Positions 18,774 to 28,005 of a stretch of 64,000 bases of DNA are shown piece after piece. Under the pieces are notes generated by a model that had not been told where the DNA came from, made no database searches, and saw only the letters and a list, made by a program, of their open reading frames with translations. The position numbers and the translations under genes were made by a program. Each line of letters begins with the position of its first letter. Within the stretch, counting starts at the first letter, position 1. This stretch comes from an uncultured Caulobacterales bacterium (lineage in GTDB: Bacteria > Pseudomonadota > Alphaproteobacteria > Caulobacterales > Maricaulaceae): positions 5,004 to 69,003 of the forward strand of contig CAZGLY010000009.1 in NCBI GenBank assembly GCA_964526675.1, read 5' to 3'.

Positions 18774-20720
18774 CTAGCGGAGCGACCCCGCCGGCGCCAG
18801 CGTGGGCGCCTCCTCGAACGCCGCCTTCGCCGCCTCCGGCTCATCCGCCGCCGCTTGGCGCGCCCACATGCGCGCGTAAAGACCGCCGCGCGCGAGAAGA
18901 GAAGCGTGGTCGCCCTCCTCCACCACCCGCCCTTGATCGAGCACGATGATGCGGTCCGCGTTTGCAATCGTCGAGAGGCGGTGGGCCACGGCGATGGTCG
19001 TGCGTCCGCGCGCGGCCTCCGCCAACGCCGCTTGAACATCCTGCTCGGTCTTGCTGTCGAGCGACGACGTCGCTTCGTCGAGCACGAGAATGCACGGATC
19101 CTTGAGGATCGCCCGGGCCACGCCCACCCTCTGGCGTTCGCCGCCGGAGAGCTTCAACCCTCGCTCGCCCACGCGGGTGGCGAGCCCCTCAGGCAAGGAA
19201 TCAATCAGTTCGCCCAGTTGGGCGCGCCGGGCGGCGTTCATGATCGCCGCGTCGTCCGCGTCCGGGCGGCCATAGGCGATGTTGTAACGCAGCGTGTCGT
19301 TGAAGAGCACGACGTCCTGCGGCACCAGGCCCAACGCCTCGCGCAAGCTCTGCTGCGTGACGTCCCGAACATCGACGCCGTCGATCACCACCCGGCCGTC
19401 AGCCGGGTCATAGAAGCGAAACAACAGCTTCAAGAGCGTCGACTTGCCCGCCCCGCTTGGGCCGACAACGCCGGTGAACCCGCCCGCCGGCGCCTCAAAA
19501 CTCACATCGTCGAGCCCCGCGGCGCGGCCTTCATGGGCGAAGCGCACGCTCTCAAAACGCACCGAGCCGCTCTTGCGGACGAACGGGCGCGCGTCTGGGG
19601 CGTCCTCAACATCCCGCGGCACCTCGAGCAGGCCGAACAGCGTCTCCATGTCCACGACGCCCTGGCGGATCTCCCGCCACGCCCACCCCAGGATGTTCAT
19701 CGGCCGATACAAGCTCAGCAGCATCAGCATGACCGTGGTCACGTCGCCGACGCCGTCGAGCGCGCCCATCGCCACACCCGCGCCGGCCGTCAGGATCGCC
19801 GCGCCGAGGCCCGCGTGCATGATGAATTCTTGACCGACATTGAGACCCGCCAAGGAGCGGGACAGCCGCACGACCAGCGTGTTGTAGTCGCGCGTCGCCT
19901 GGTCGTAGCGCAGCGCTTCGCGGTCTTCCGCGCCAAACGCCTTCACGGTCTCGAAGTTGGTCAGCGCGTCCACCGCCCGCGCCCGCAGCTCCGTATCGGC
20001 TCGGTTGAGCACCCGCCGCTGCCGGGCGCGCCACTCCGTCACCCGGATGGTGAACGCCGCGAACACGGCCACCGTCGCGACGGCGATAAACGCGAACCGC
20101 CAACCAAACGCCGCCGTCAGCGCGATCGCCGCCAACGCCAGCTCAACCAGGGTCGGCCCGATGTTGAAGCCGAGGAAGCGCAGCAGATACTCCATCGACC
20201 CCGCGCCCCGCTCGATGATGCGTTGGAGCGCGCCGGCCCGGCGTTTCACATGGAATTGCAACGGCAGATTGTTGGCGTAAGCGAACGCGTCGACGGCGAT
20301 GACCCGCATGGCGTCTTGGGTCACGGGCGTGAAAAACGCGTCGCGGAGATAAGGCAACGCCGCTGAGGCGAAGCGTGCGGCCACGAAGACCAACGCCAGC
20401 GTCGCAAACGCGCTCAGCGCGGCGAGCCCCTCGGCCTCCAGGCGATTGATCGCCTCGCCCAGAAAAAACGGACCCGCCACCGAGAGCGCCTTCGAGATAA
20501 CGGTGATCACAATCGCCATCGCGATCCACGGCCGCCAATGCCGCAAGTCCGGACGGGCGAGGATTGCGAACAAGCGGCTGACCGCGCGCCCCAAAGTGGC
20601 GCGACCCGCGGCGACGTCCTCAAAACGCGTGTCCGCCTCGGGAGAAGGCTGCGCGGCGCCGGCCGGCGGCGCGGATCGGGGGGCGGCGGGGGCGAGCGGC
20701 GAAGCGGAAGCGTCAGTCAT
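18774..20720 (-). CDS. ABC transporter permease/ATP-binding protein (ABCB/Atm1-like exporter)
   Basis: 648-aa ORF with an exporter TMD and a canonical NBD. Motifs are Walker A GPSGAGKST, Q-loop VPQD, signature LSGGERQR, Walker B ILVLDEATS and H-loop AHRL. Confidence 0.9.
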   Translation of the reverse strand: MTDASASPLAPAAPRSAPPAGAAQPSPEADTRFEDVAAGRATLGRAVSRLFAILARPDLRHWRPWIAMAIVITVISKALSVAGPFFLGEAINRLEAEGLAALSAFATLALVFVAARFASAALPYLRDAFFTPVTQDAMRVIAVDAFAYANNLPLQFHVKRRAGALQRIIERGAGSMEYLLRFLGFNIGPTLVELALAAIALTAAFGWRFAFIAVATVAVFAAFTIRVTEWRARQRRVLNRADTELRARAVDALTNFETVKAFGAEDREALRYDQATRDYNTLVVRLSRSLAGLNVGQEFIMHAGLGAAILTAGAGVAMGALDGVGDVTTVMLMLLSLYRPMNILGWAWREIRQGVVDMETLFGLLEVPRDVEDAPDARPFVRKSGSVRFESVRFAHEGRAAGLDDVSFEAPAGGFTGVVGPSGAGKSTLLKLLFRFYDPADGRVVIDGVDVRDVTQQSLREALGLVPQDVVLFNDTLRYNIAYGRPDADDAAIMNAARRAQLGELIDSLPEGLATRVGERGLKLSGGERQRVGVARAILKDPCILVLDEATSSLDSKTEQDVQAALAEAARGRTTIAVAHRLSTIANADRIIVLDQGRVVEEGDHASLLARGGLYARMWARQAAADEPEAAKAAFEEAPTLAPAGSLR

Positions 20721-20763
20721 GTCCGGGAGATAGAGCGGCCGGACGCGCAGCGCCAGTCACGCT

Positions 20764-20841
20764 CCCCAACCGAACATCCCCGGCGCGCCAGGCGCCCAAC
20801 CGAACCCCGCGCGGGGGCGGGCCGGGCGCCCAACCGCATCC
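20764..20841. repeat. three imperfect direct repeats of GCGCCCAACCG(A/C)A(C/T)(C)CC spaced about 30-34 bp apart
   Basis: Copies start near 20764, 20794 and 20826, between the LysM stop and the ABC exporter start. The palindrome CCCCGCGCGGGG (20805..20816) lies between copies 2 and 3. Confidence 0.45.
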
Positions 20842-20857
20842 CACGCGGGGGCGCGCG

Positions 20858-21940
20858 TCAGCCGCGATCGGGGTCGCCGTCGACGTCCGGGGCTTCGAAC
20901 ACCTGGCCCGGATAAATCAGATTGGGGTCGCGGATTTGGGTCTCATTCGCGGCGTAGATCACCGTGTATTGCCAGCCGGAGCCATAGAGCCGCCGCGCGA
21001 GCCGCCACAGCGAGTTGCCGGGCTGAACAACCACCGTGCGCGGTCCGATTTCGGCCAACGCCTCCGGCGCGGCGCGCTCGAAGGGCGCGACAATCACGGC
21101 TGTCACCCGGCCCAGACCGTCAAGCTGGTCGATTTGAAGATCATAGACGCCCGGCGCCAGCGACGATCCCGCCACCAACGACCACGCGCCGTTGCCGTCC
21201 ACCCGCGCTTCGCCCAGCTGCACGCGATCGGCCAGCACCCGCACGCGCGTGTCCGGTTCCGCGCGGCCGGAAAAGATCACGCCCCCGGCGTCGTCATAAT
21301 CGATGGCCAACAGCGCCAAGGGCTGGCCGGAATCCGACAAGGGCGACTGCAAGATCCGGCTGGCTCCGCCGGGGCTCCCCAGAACGACGAGGGGTTTGCT
21401 GTCGCGGCTTTCGGGGACCGAGACGATCACCACCTGCTCGGAACGGATTTCCTGACCCGTCGGCAACCGCATCAGGAGCGACAGCTCCACCGCGCCCGCG
21501 GGCAACGGGTCCGTCAGCACCACCACCCATTCGCCGCCGGCGTCGATCCGGACCTCGGACAGGGGCTCGCCGTCGGCGAGCACAATCGCCGTCGCGCCGC
21601 TGGCGCCGCGGCCCGCGATCGTGGCGGCGCCGCTGGGATCGACGCGCACGATATCAAAACTTGGCGGCGCGATTCGCACCGGCGTCGCCGGTTCCGGCTC
21701 CACCGCCGGCGGCTCCTCGACCGCCGGGGCCTCCGGCGCGGCGTCGACACGCTCCACCGGGCGCTCTTCGATTCGCTCCACCGGGCCCAATTCGGTCACC
21801 GTGCGGGAGCTGGGCGGCCGATCCACATCGCCCCGCATCAGATACGTCGCCGCCCCGCCCGCAAGCAAAGCGACCGCGACGAAAAAGGCGATGACGAGCG
21901 CGCGGCGATCTTCCATGGCGATGCGGCCTCCCTTGGGCAT
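20858..21940 (-). CDS. LysM peptidoglycan-binding domain protein
   Basis: 360-aa ORF with an N-terminal TM/signal anchor (LVIAFFVAVALLAGGAATYL). The C-terminal LysM reads VVQPGNSLWRLARRLYGSGWQYTVIYAANETQIRDPNLIYPGQVF. Confidence 0.75.
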   Translation of the reverse strand: MPKGGRIAMEDRRALVIAFFVAVALLAGGAATYLMRGDVDRPPSSRTVTELGPVERIEERPVERVDAAPEAPAVEEPPAVEPEPATPVRIAPPSFDIVRVDPSGAATIAGRGASGATAIVLADGEPLSEVRIDAGGEWVVVLTDPLPAGAVELSLLMRLPTGQEIRSEQVVIVSVPESRDSKPLVVLGSPGGASRILQSPLSDSGQPLALLAIDYDDAGGVIFSGRAEPDTRVRVLADRVQLGEARVDGNGAWSLVAGSSLAPGVYDLQIDQLDGLGRVTAVIVAPFERAAPEALAEIGPRTVVVQPGNSLWRLARRLYGSGWQYTVIYAANETQIRDPNLIYPGQVFEAPDVDGDPDRG

Positions 21941-22030
21941 GGGTCGCCGACCAGCCCGGCTTCCGGTAATTTAAAGGCGACGCGAATCTGTGGCAACAAC
22001 CGCCCATCACCAACCAACCCTAGACACGAC

Positions 22031-22594
22031 ATGGCCGAAACCAAGACGATCGCCGTGTTCGCCGGAGCCGCCGCCGGGCGAGCGCCGCACCGCACCATAC
22101 TTGCACGCGCTTTGGGCGGCGACGTGGCGCGCGCAGGGGCCCGTTTGGTCTATGGCGGCGGGGCTGGAGGGCTGATGGCCGCAGCCGCCGAAGGCGCCCG
22201 CGACGCCGGCGGCCCGGTGCTGGGGGTCTATCCCACCTGCTTGATCGGCCGCGAGACGGTCGACCCTGCGGTTCATCTGATCGAGGTCGACGCGCTGGCC
22301 GACCGCAAAGCGGCGATGGCGCGGCTTGCGGACGCTTTTGTGGTCTTGCCCGGCGGGCTCGGCACGCTGGAGGAGGCTGTGGAGATGCTCTCTCTGGCGC
22401 GGCTGGGTTTGCTCGGGCGCACGAAACCCATCGTGTTCCTCGACGACGACGGCTATTGGGACCCGTTCTTCGCGCTTATCGCCCACATGATTGCGGAGGG
22501 ATTCGCGCCGTCGGACCTCACCGCCTTGGCGCAACGGGCGCACACGGCTGAGGACGCTCTCGCCGCGTGCGGGATGCTCCTTGAGAGCGTTTGA
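22031..22594 (+). CDS. LOG family protein (TIGR00730-type nucleotide phosphoribohydrolase)
   Basis: ATG 22031 in the frame of ORF 20936..22594. Motifs are VYGGGAGGLMAAAAEGA and PGGLGTLEE. Confidence 0.85.
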   Translation: MAETKTIAVFAGAAAGRAPHRTILARALGGDVARAGARLVYGGGAGGLMAAAAEGARDAGGPVLGVYPTCLIGRETVDPAVHLIEVDALADRKAAMARLADAFVVLPGGLGTLEEAVEMLSLARLGLLGRTKPIVFLDDDGYWDPFFALIAHMIAEGFAPSDLTALAQRAHTAEDALAACGMLLESV

Positions 22595-22655
22595 CCTTCC
22601 GCCGCTGGATGGCCGACAACTCCCCTCCGGACATGGGTGAGCCAAGGGCGAGGAT

Positions 22656-23576
22656 GTGAACGCAAACACCATCACCACAGCACTGGCGACCGCAGGGGCG
22701 GCGTGCGCGTTCGCCGCGGCGATCGTCGGCGACGCCGCCAGCGCTCAAGATGTGTGCACGGAGACGTTCGTCTCGGTGCAAACGCGCCGGGTGGACGCCG
22801 CCGTGGAGCGCGCCGACTTGGAGGAGGCCCGCCGCGCCGGCGCCCGCGTGGCCGCGGCGTGCGCGCCCGCGCCCCAGACCTTTCAGGCCTATTTCATCGC
22901 GGGCGTGGCCAGCGCGGCCCTCGGCGATCCAGCCGCCGCGGCCAGCTACCTCACCACCCTGCGCGACGCCGACCCTGGGGCGTTCGTGCCGCCGATGAGC
23001 TGGGCGCTCATGAGCGCCTACGCGGCGCTCGGGGATGAGGAGGCGTTCCTTCGGGAACGGGACGTGTTCATCGCGCGCTGGCTGCGTTGGACGAACGACA
23101 CGGGGGTGGCGGCGTTCAAAGAAACGATCAAGAGCCCCAACGGGCCGATCCTGGCCTTAGAATTCTCGGCCTTTGACCCCGAACTGCGCCAGGATGTCGT
23201 CTTCGTGCTTGTGCCGGACGCGCCGGCCTGGCCCCACACGGTGAGCCTCGGCTCTTACGCGGCGCGCGCGATGGTGGTGCGCCAGAGCACCGGCGACCCG
23301 AACGCCCAGGCCTGGCACGTCAACAGCTACAACTGCCGCGGGGAAGCGGATCTGGGCGTCTATGGCGGCGAACGGCCCAGCTATTTGGATTTGCGCACTC
23401 GGGCGCTGTTTGCGCTCTCTCAGCCGGACGCCGCGGTTCCCATCAGCGCGGCGGCGGGCGCCGCGCCGTCAGAGGGCGGCTGCGTCTCCGCGCATTTGGT
23501 CGCCCCGATGCCTGAGCCCCCGGCGCCGCCCGCGCCGGCCGTCGCGCCGCCGCCACAGGTGATCGGCCAAAACTAG
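22656..23576 (+). CDS. secreted hypothetical protein
   Basis: 306-aa ORF with a GTG start, a signal-peptide-like N-terminus (TALATAGAACAFAAAIVGDAASAQD) and a Pro/Ala-rich C-terminus. No recognised family. Confidence 0.45.
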   Translation: MNANTITTALATAGAACAFAAAIVGDAASAQDVCTETFVSVQTRRVDAAVERADLEEARRAGARVAAACAPAPQTFQAYFIAGVASAALGDPAAAASYLTTLRDADPGAFVPPMSWALMSAYAALGDEEAFLRERDVFIARWLRWTNDTGVAAFKETIKSPNGPILALEFSAFDPELRQDVVFVLVPDAPAWPHTVSLGSYAARAMVVRQSTGDPNAQAWHVNSYNCRGEADLGVYGGERPSYLDLRTRALFALSQPDAAVPISAAAGAAPSEGGCVSAHLVAPMPEPPAPPAPAVAPPPQVIGQN

Positions 23577-23615
23577 CCGCGCGCGCCGAGGCGCGTGAGA
23601 CCGCCGCGCGGGAAC

Positions 23616-24968
23616 CTAAACGGTCTCGCCTTGCAAACGCCGTTTGGCTTTGTCGGGACCGATCAGCGCGAACAGCTGATCCATTTCCGGGCCATGGCGC
23701 TGGCCCGTGAGGGCCAAGCGCAGCGGCATGAAGAGTTTCTTGCCTTTGGCGCCCGTCTCCGTTTTGACGCGTTCGATAAACACGCCCCAGCTCGCGCCGT
23801 CATAGGGCCCAGCGGGCGTCAAATCCGCCGCGGCCGCCACGAAGCCCGCGTCTTCAATCACCGGCTCGATCGGGCCGTCGACCACCCGCCACCAGGCCCG
23901 CGTGTCCGACAGCACCTCCACATTGGCGCGCACCGCGCGCCAAAACGCCTCGCCGCCGGTCACGCCCAACGCTTGGAGCCGCGGCCCCGCCTCCTCAAAC
24001 GGCATGGCGTGCAACAGCTGCGCGTTCAGGCGCTTGAGCTCCGCCTCGTCAAAGCGCGCCGGGGCGCGCCCAATCTTGGCGAAATCGAACTCCGCCGCGA
24101 GCGTCGCCCAGTCCCGCCGCGCCTCGACCGGATCAGACGTGCCAATCTTCGCAAGCAAGGACGACAGCGCCAAAGGCTCGAGCCCCTGCTCGCGGAAGTC
24201 GGCCACCGCCAGCGATCCCAGGCGCTTTGACAGCTTCTCGCCATTCGCGCCGACCAGCAGCGGCGTGTGCGCGAATTGCGGCGTCTCGCCAGCGAGGCCG
24301 GTGGCGCGCAGCGCGTCGAAGATCTCAATCTGCGCGCCAGAGTTCGTCACATGGTCCTCGCCGCGGACCACATGGGAGACGTTCATCTCCAGATCGTCGA
24401 CGCAGCTTGGCAGCGTGTAGAGGTAGGAGCCGTCATCGCGCACCAAGATCGGGTCCGACAGCGCGCTGGTTTCCACCGCGCTGTCGCCACGCACCAGGTC
24501 GCTCCAACTCACCCGTTCATGGCTGAGTTTGAAGCGCCAATGAGGCTTGCGGCCGTCCGCCTCCAGCGCGGCGATGTCGGCCTTGGAAAGGTTGAGCGCC
24601 GCGCGGTCGTACACCGGCGGCAAGCCCTGCGCGCGTTGGAGCTTGCGTTTGCGCTCAAGCTCCTCGGCCGTCTCGTAACAGGGATAAAGATGTCCCGCGT
24701 CCTTCAGCGCCGCGGCGGCGGCGTCATAGAGGGCGAACCGGTCGGACTGCTTGTGCTTCACATCCACGCGGAAGCCGAGCCACGCGAGATCCTCCTCGAT
24801 CGCGGCCTCGTACTCCGCCTTCGATCGCTCCAGATCCGTGTCGTCGACGCGCAGAACGAAGCGGCCGTTCTCCTTCAGCGCAAACAGCTGGTTCATCAAC
24901 GCCGTGCGCAGATTGCCCACGTGGAGCCGCCCCGTTGGGGACGGGGCGAAACGAACAGTGATGCTCAT
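23616..24968 (-). CDS. gltX: glutamate--tRNA ligase
   Basis: 450-aa ORF with the class I motifs PSPTGRLHVGN (HIGH-type) and KLSKR (KMSKS-type). Confidence 0.95.
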   Translation of the reverse strand: MSITVRFAPSPTGRLHVGNLRTALMNQLFALKENGRFVLRVDDTDLERSKAEYEAAIEEDLAWLGFRVDVKHKQSDRFALYDAAAAALKDAGHLYPCYETAEELERKRKLQRAQGLPPVYDRAALNLSKADIAALEADGRKPHWRFKLSHERVSWSDLVRGDSAVETSALSDPILVRDDGSYLYTLPSCVDDLEMNVSHVVRGEDHVTNSGAQIEIFDALRATGLAGETPQFAHTPLLVGANGEKLSKRLGSLAVADFREQGLEPLALSSLLAKIGTSDPVEARRDWATLAAEFDFAKIGRAPARFDEAELKRLNAQLLHAMPFEEAGPRLQALGVTGGEAFWRAVRANVEVLSDTRAWWRVVDGPIEPVIEDAGFVAAAADLTPAGPYDGASWGVFIERVKTETGAKGKKLFMPLRLALTGQRHGPEMDQLFALIGPDKAKRRLQGETV

Positions 24969-25077
24969 GACGGATCTTCGCCTGCTTCAGGGTCTCGCGG
25001 AGGGTGCGGGCAGGCGTGATGCCACACGGCGCGGCCGCGCGAAAGCGTCTCAGGTCAATGTCATGGGGATCGGACCG

Positions 25078-25551
25078 TCAGGGGGATCCCAAAACCATGC
25101 AGATCTGCGTGCGCAAGTCCTCTGGCGCGGTGGAGCCGGGGTCGTTCACGTACACCTCCCACGTCGGCATGCCGGCGTCGTGGCCGTCGCGCTTGAGCGC
25201 CGCGATCACGGCGTCATAGCTGGCGCTAAGCTGGTCGTACGGACCGATGTGGGTGAAGCACACGGCCGGCCCGCCGGGGGTGTGGCCCAAATGAACGTCG
25301 TCCGTCGCCGCGGCGGCGCCGGCGTCATCAACGAAGAACCCAACACGAAACACCATGCGCGTCGGGTCCATCACGGTGTAGAGCACCATCGGCCAGCCGA
25401 CGGGCGCGGCGCCCGCCTGCGCCAGCGCGGCTTGGACCCGGGCGAAACCCGGGCCGATCGCGGCCGCCATGGCTTCGGGGTTAAGCGGCGATTCCGCGTC
25501 GACATAGAGGTAGGCCCGGGGATCGAGGGTCTCGATGGTGTAGGCGCTCAT
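25078..25551 (-). CDS. GyrI-like small-molecule-binding domain protein
   Basis: 157-aa ORF. Its size and pattern (YVDAESPL...GPGFARV...FRVGFFV...CFTHIGPYDQLSASYDAV...WEVYVNDP) match GyrI-like/AraC effector-binding folds. Confidence 0.55.
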   Translation of the reverse strand: MSAYTIETLDPRAYLYVDAESPLNPEAMAAAIGPGFARVQAALAQAGAAPVGWPMVLYTVMDPTRMVFRVGFFVDDAGAAAATDDVHLGHTPGGPAVCFTHIGPYDQLSASYDAVIAALKRDGHDAGMPTWEVYVNDPGSTAPEDLRTQICMVLGSP

Positions 25552-25802
25552 GGGCGTCTCCTTCGACGGCGCGGGTCATCACGCTCGGGCCCTGCAGCGC
25601 GGACCGCTGGCGTGGAAGGCGTGATCTTCGGGCGATCGCGGCGGCGCGCGAAAGGCCTCGTGTCGGAGGAAATGGATCCCGCCTCCGCGATCCAAACGCG
25701 TCTGCGCGCCCTGATCGCGGAGGTCAAAGATCGGCGTCGCCATGGCGTGGTGTCCGCCGCAATCCCAAGCGGTTCAGGCGCGGCGGACGGCTGACGCGGC
25801 CG

Positions 25803-26144
25803 TTAGGCGCGGGCCAAGCGGCGCATGCGACGGGCAAACCGCCGTTGTTGACGTGGCGTCAGCTCCGCCATGTAGAGCGTCGTCAAGGTCGGCGCGTTGA
25901 TCGCGGCGACTGTGCGCGCCATGGTGTCACGCATGCACGCGCGCATGGCGCGCATGTAGACGCCGGGGCGATGCTCCGCGGCGCAGACGTCATGAACTGT
26001 GTCGTACACGTCGTTCATGAGATGGGCGGCCCCGCTTTGTGTCGTGAGCATCGCACGATCAAAGGACAACACGGCCTGTTCTTCAGCGGTCGCGGCGCAC
26101 CCGAGCGCCAAGACCGCCAGACTTGCGATCACGAATGATTTCAT
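25803..26144 (-). CDS. UrcA family protein (small secreted)
   Basis: Internal ATG 26144..26142 gives MKSFVIASLAVLALGCAATAEE, a signal peptide. The UrcA-like core SFDRAMLTTQSGAAHLMNDVYDTVHDVC follows. Confidence 0.5.
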   Translation of the reverse strand: MKSFVIASLAVLALGCAATAEEQAVLSFDRAMLTTQSGAAHLMNDVYDTVHDVCAAEHRPGVYMRAMRACMRDTMARTVAAINAPTLTTLYMAELTPRQQRRFARRMRRLARA

Positions 26145-26256
26145 TGCTGTTCCCCACACGATCCTTCTGATCGACGCGGAACTTATACCAGGCGCGCTTG
26201 ACGTAAGCGATTGAATATTTTGAAGGGCGCCAGTCGCTGCGATCAAACGCCGCGGA

Positions 26257-27945
26257 TTACACGTCAATGTGATCGCGATACCCGTTTGTGAGGGGGTAGC
26301 GCCGGTCGCGGCCAAAGTTCTTGCCGCCGATCTTTGCGCCCGGCGGGGCTTGGCGGCGCTTATACTCGGCGCGATAGAGCAGGTTTTGTATCCGCGCGAC
26401 CGTCGCGGGATCATGGCCGCGCGCCACGACGGCCTCCACCTCCTCCTCACGATCGACAAGGCCGCGGAGGATGTCGTCCAGCACGTCGTAGGGCGGCAGG
26501 CTGTCCTGATCGGTTTGATCGGCGCGCAATTCGGCCGAGGGCGCTTTGGCGATGACGCGTTCCGGGATGACGGCGCCCCCGGGGCCCTTCAGGCCGTCGG
26601 GGCGATGGGCGTTGCGCCAGCGCGCGAGGGCGAACACCTCCGTTTTATAGAGATCTTTCAGGGCGTTGTAGCCGCCATTCATATCGCCGTAGAGCGTCGC
26701 GTACCCCACCGCCATCTCGGACTTGTTGCCGGTGGTCAGGAGCATGTGCCCATGGGCGTTGGAGAGCGCCATCAGCGCCGTCCCACGGATCCGCGACTGG
26801 ATGTTCTCCTGGGCCACCGCGCCGCCGGGCGTTTGCACATGACCGTCGAGCATGCCGCCAAAGGCGCCGACCGCCGCCTCGATCGGGATGGTGTCGAGCC
26901 TGGCCCCCAAGAGCCGCGCGCAGTGCGCGGCGTCGTCCAAGCTCTCCTGGCTGGTGTAGCGGCTGGGGAGCATCACGCACCACACCCGCTCCGGCCCCAG
27001 CGCGTCCACCGCCATCGCCGCCGTCAACGCGCTGTCGATCCCGCCGGAAAGACCAAGCACGACGCCGGGGAAGCCATTCTTCTCCACGTAGTCGCGCACC
27101 GCGACGAGCGCAGCGCGGTAGACGGTCTCATCCGTCTCCAGCCGCGCGACGCGCGCCGCCTCAGCGCACGTCCACACGCCATCGCTGGCGCGCCGCCACG
27201 TCGCGACGTCGAGCTCCGTGGCGAAGGCGGGCAGCTGCTGGACCAGGCCTGTGCGATCCCAGCTGAACGACGCGCCGTCGAACACCAGTTCATCTTGACC
27301 GCCCACCTGATTGACGAAGACGAGCGGGACCTCGCCCGCCCCGAACCAAGCCCTGAAGGCGCTCTCGCGTTCTGGCTGGATCGTGCGTCGCCAAGGCGAG
27401 CCGTTGATGCAGACTAAGAGCTCAGCGCCCGCCGCCATCAACGCCCGCGGAACATCGGGAAACCAAATGTCCTCACACACGGGCAGGCCGAGCCTGAGGC
27501 CGCGCATCTCCGCCACCTCCGTCGGCGGTCCAGGACGGAACACCCGCTTTTCGTCAAACACGCCGTAGTTTGGCAGCGCGCGCTTGAAGCGCGCGGCGTG
27601 AACGCGCCCCTGGTCGAGCAGCAAAACAGCGTTGACGGGTTTGGGGTCGTCATCCCCCTCGGGCCGCCACGGACACCCGACAATCAAGGCCGGGCCGTCC
27701 GCGGTGTCGCGCGCGAGATCCTCGGCCGCGGCCATGGCGTCCGCCACAAAGGCGGGCTTGAGGACGAGATCCTCCGGCGGGTAGCCGACGATGGAGAGTT
27801 CCGGCGTCACCACCAGGTCCGCGCCCTGGGCGGCGGCGGCGGCCCGCGCGGCGCGGATCTTCTGCACATTGCCCGCGATGTCGCCCACCGTCGGGTTCAA
27901 TTGAGCGGTCGCGATGCGCAGCGTGTCCGTGATCGGCGTCGTCAT
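26257..27945 (-). CDS. nadE: glutamine-dependent NAD+ synthase
   Basis: 562-aa ORF with an N-terminal CN-hydrolase domain (ELSIVGYPPEDL; PVCEDIWFP). The C-terminal NAD synthetase domain carries the PP-loop GLSGGIDSAL. Confidence 0.92.
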   Translation of the reverse strand: MTTPITDTLRIATAQLNPTVGDIAGNVQKIRAARAAAAAQGADLVVTPELSIVGYPPEDLVLKPAFVADAMAAAEDLARDTADGPALIVGCPWRPEGDDDPKPVNAVLLLDQGRVHAARFKRALPNYGVFDEKRVFRPGPPTEVAEMRGLRLGLPVCEDIWFPDVPRALMAAGAELLVCINGSPWRRTIQPERESAFRAWFGAGEVPLVFVNQVGGQDELVFDGASFSWDRTGLVQQLPAFATELDVATWRRASDGVWTCAEAARVARLETDETVYRAALVAVRDYVEKNGFPGVVLGLSGGIDSALTAAMAVDALGPERVWCVMLPSRYTSQESLDDAAHCARLLGARLDTIPIEAAVGAFGGMLDGHVQTPGGAVAQENIQSRIRGTALMALSNAHGHMLLTTGNKSEMAVGYATLYGDMNGGYNALKDLYKTEVFALARWRNAHRPDGLKGPGGAVIPERVIAKAPSAELRADQTDQDSLPPYDVLDDILRGLVDREEEVEAVVARGHDPATVARIQNLLYRAEYKRRQAPPGAKIGGKNFGRDRRYPLTNGYRDHIDV

Positions 27946-28005
27946 AGGCCCTAGCTAGCCGCGCCGTCGCGCGCGGCCAAGCGCGGATCGGCGCTCCGTC
28001 GTCGC

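Noticed and set aside
22031-22594. LOG/SLOG-family gene considered as a possible partner of the TIR protein (Thoeris-like logic).
   Set aside because: It lies 12 kb away and is separated by many housekeeping genes. It has the standard TIGR00730 housekeeping architecture with no sensor or effector fusion.
23577-23615. GC-rich inverted repeat (CCGCGCG ... CGCGCGG), and a similar one at 30855..30928, as bidirectional terminators between convergent genes.
   Set aside because: They are plausible, but the stems are short or interrupted and lack U-tracts. I could not support them beyond the eye-matched complementarity, so they are not listed as features.
25672-25794. Possible 40-aa ORF (MDPASAIQTRLRALIAEVKDRRRHG...) in the 251-bp spacer between the GyrI-like and UrcA genes.
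   Set aside because: It is short, has no obvious Shine-Dalgarno sequence and matches no recognisable family. Homology or expression data would be needed to support it.
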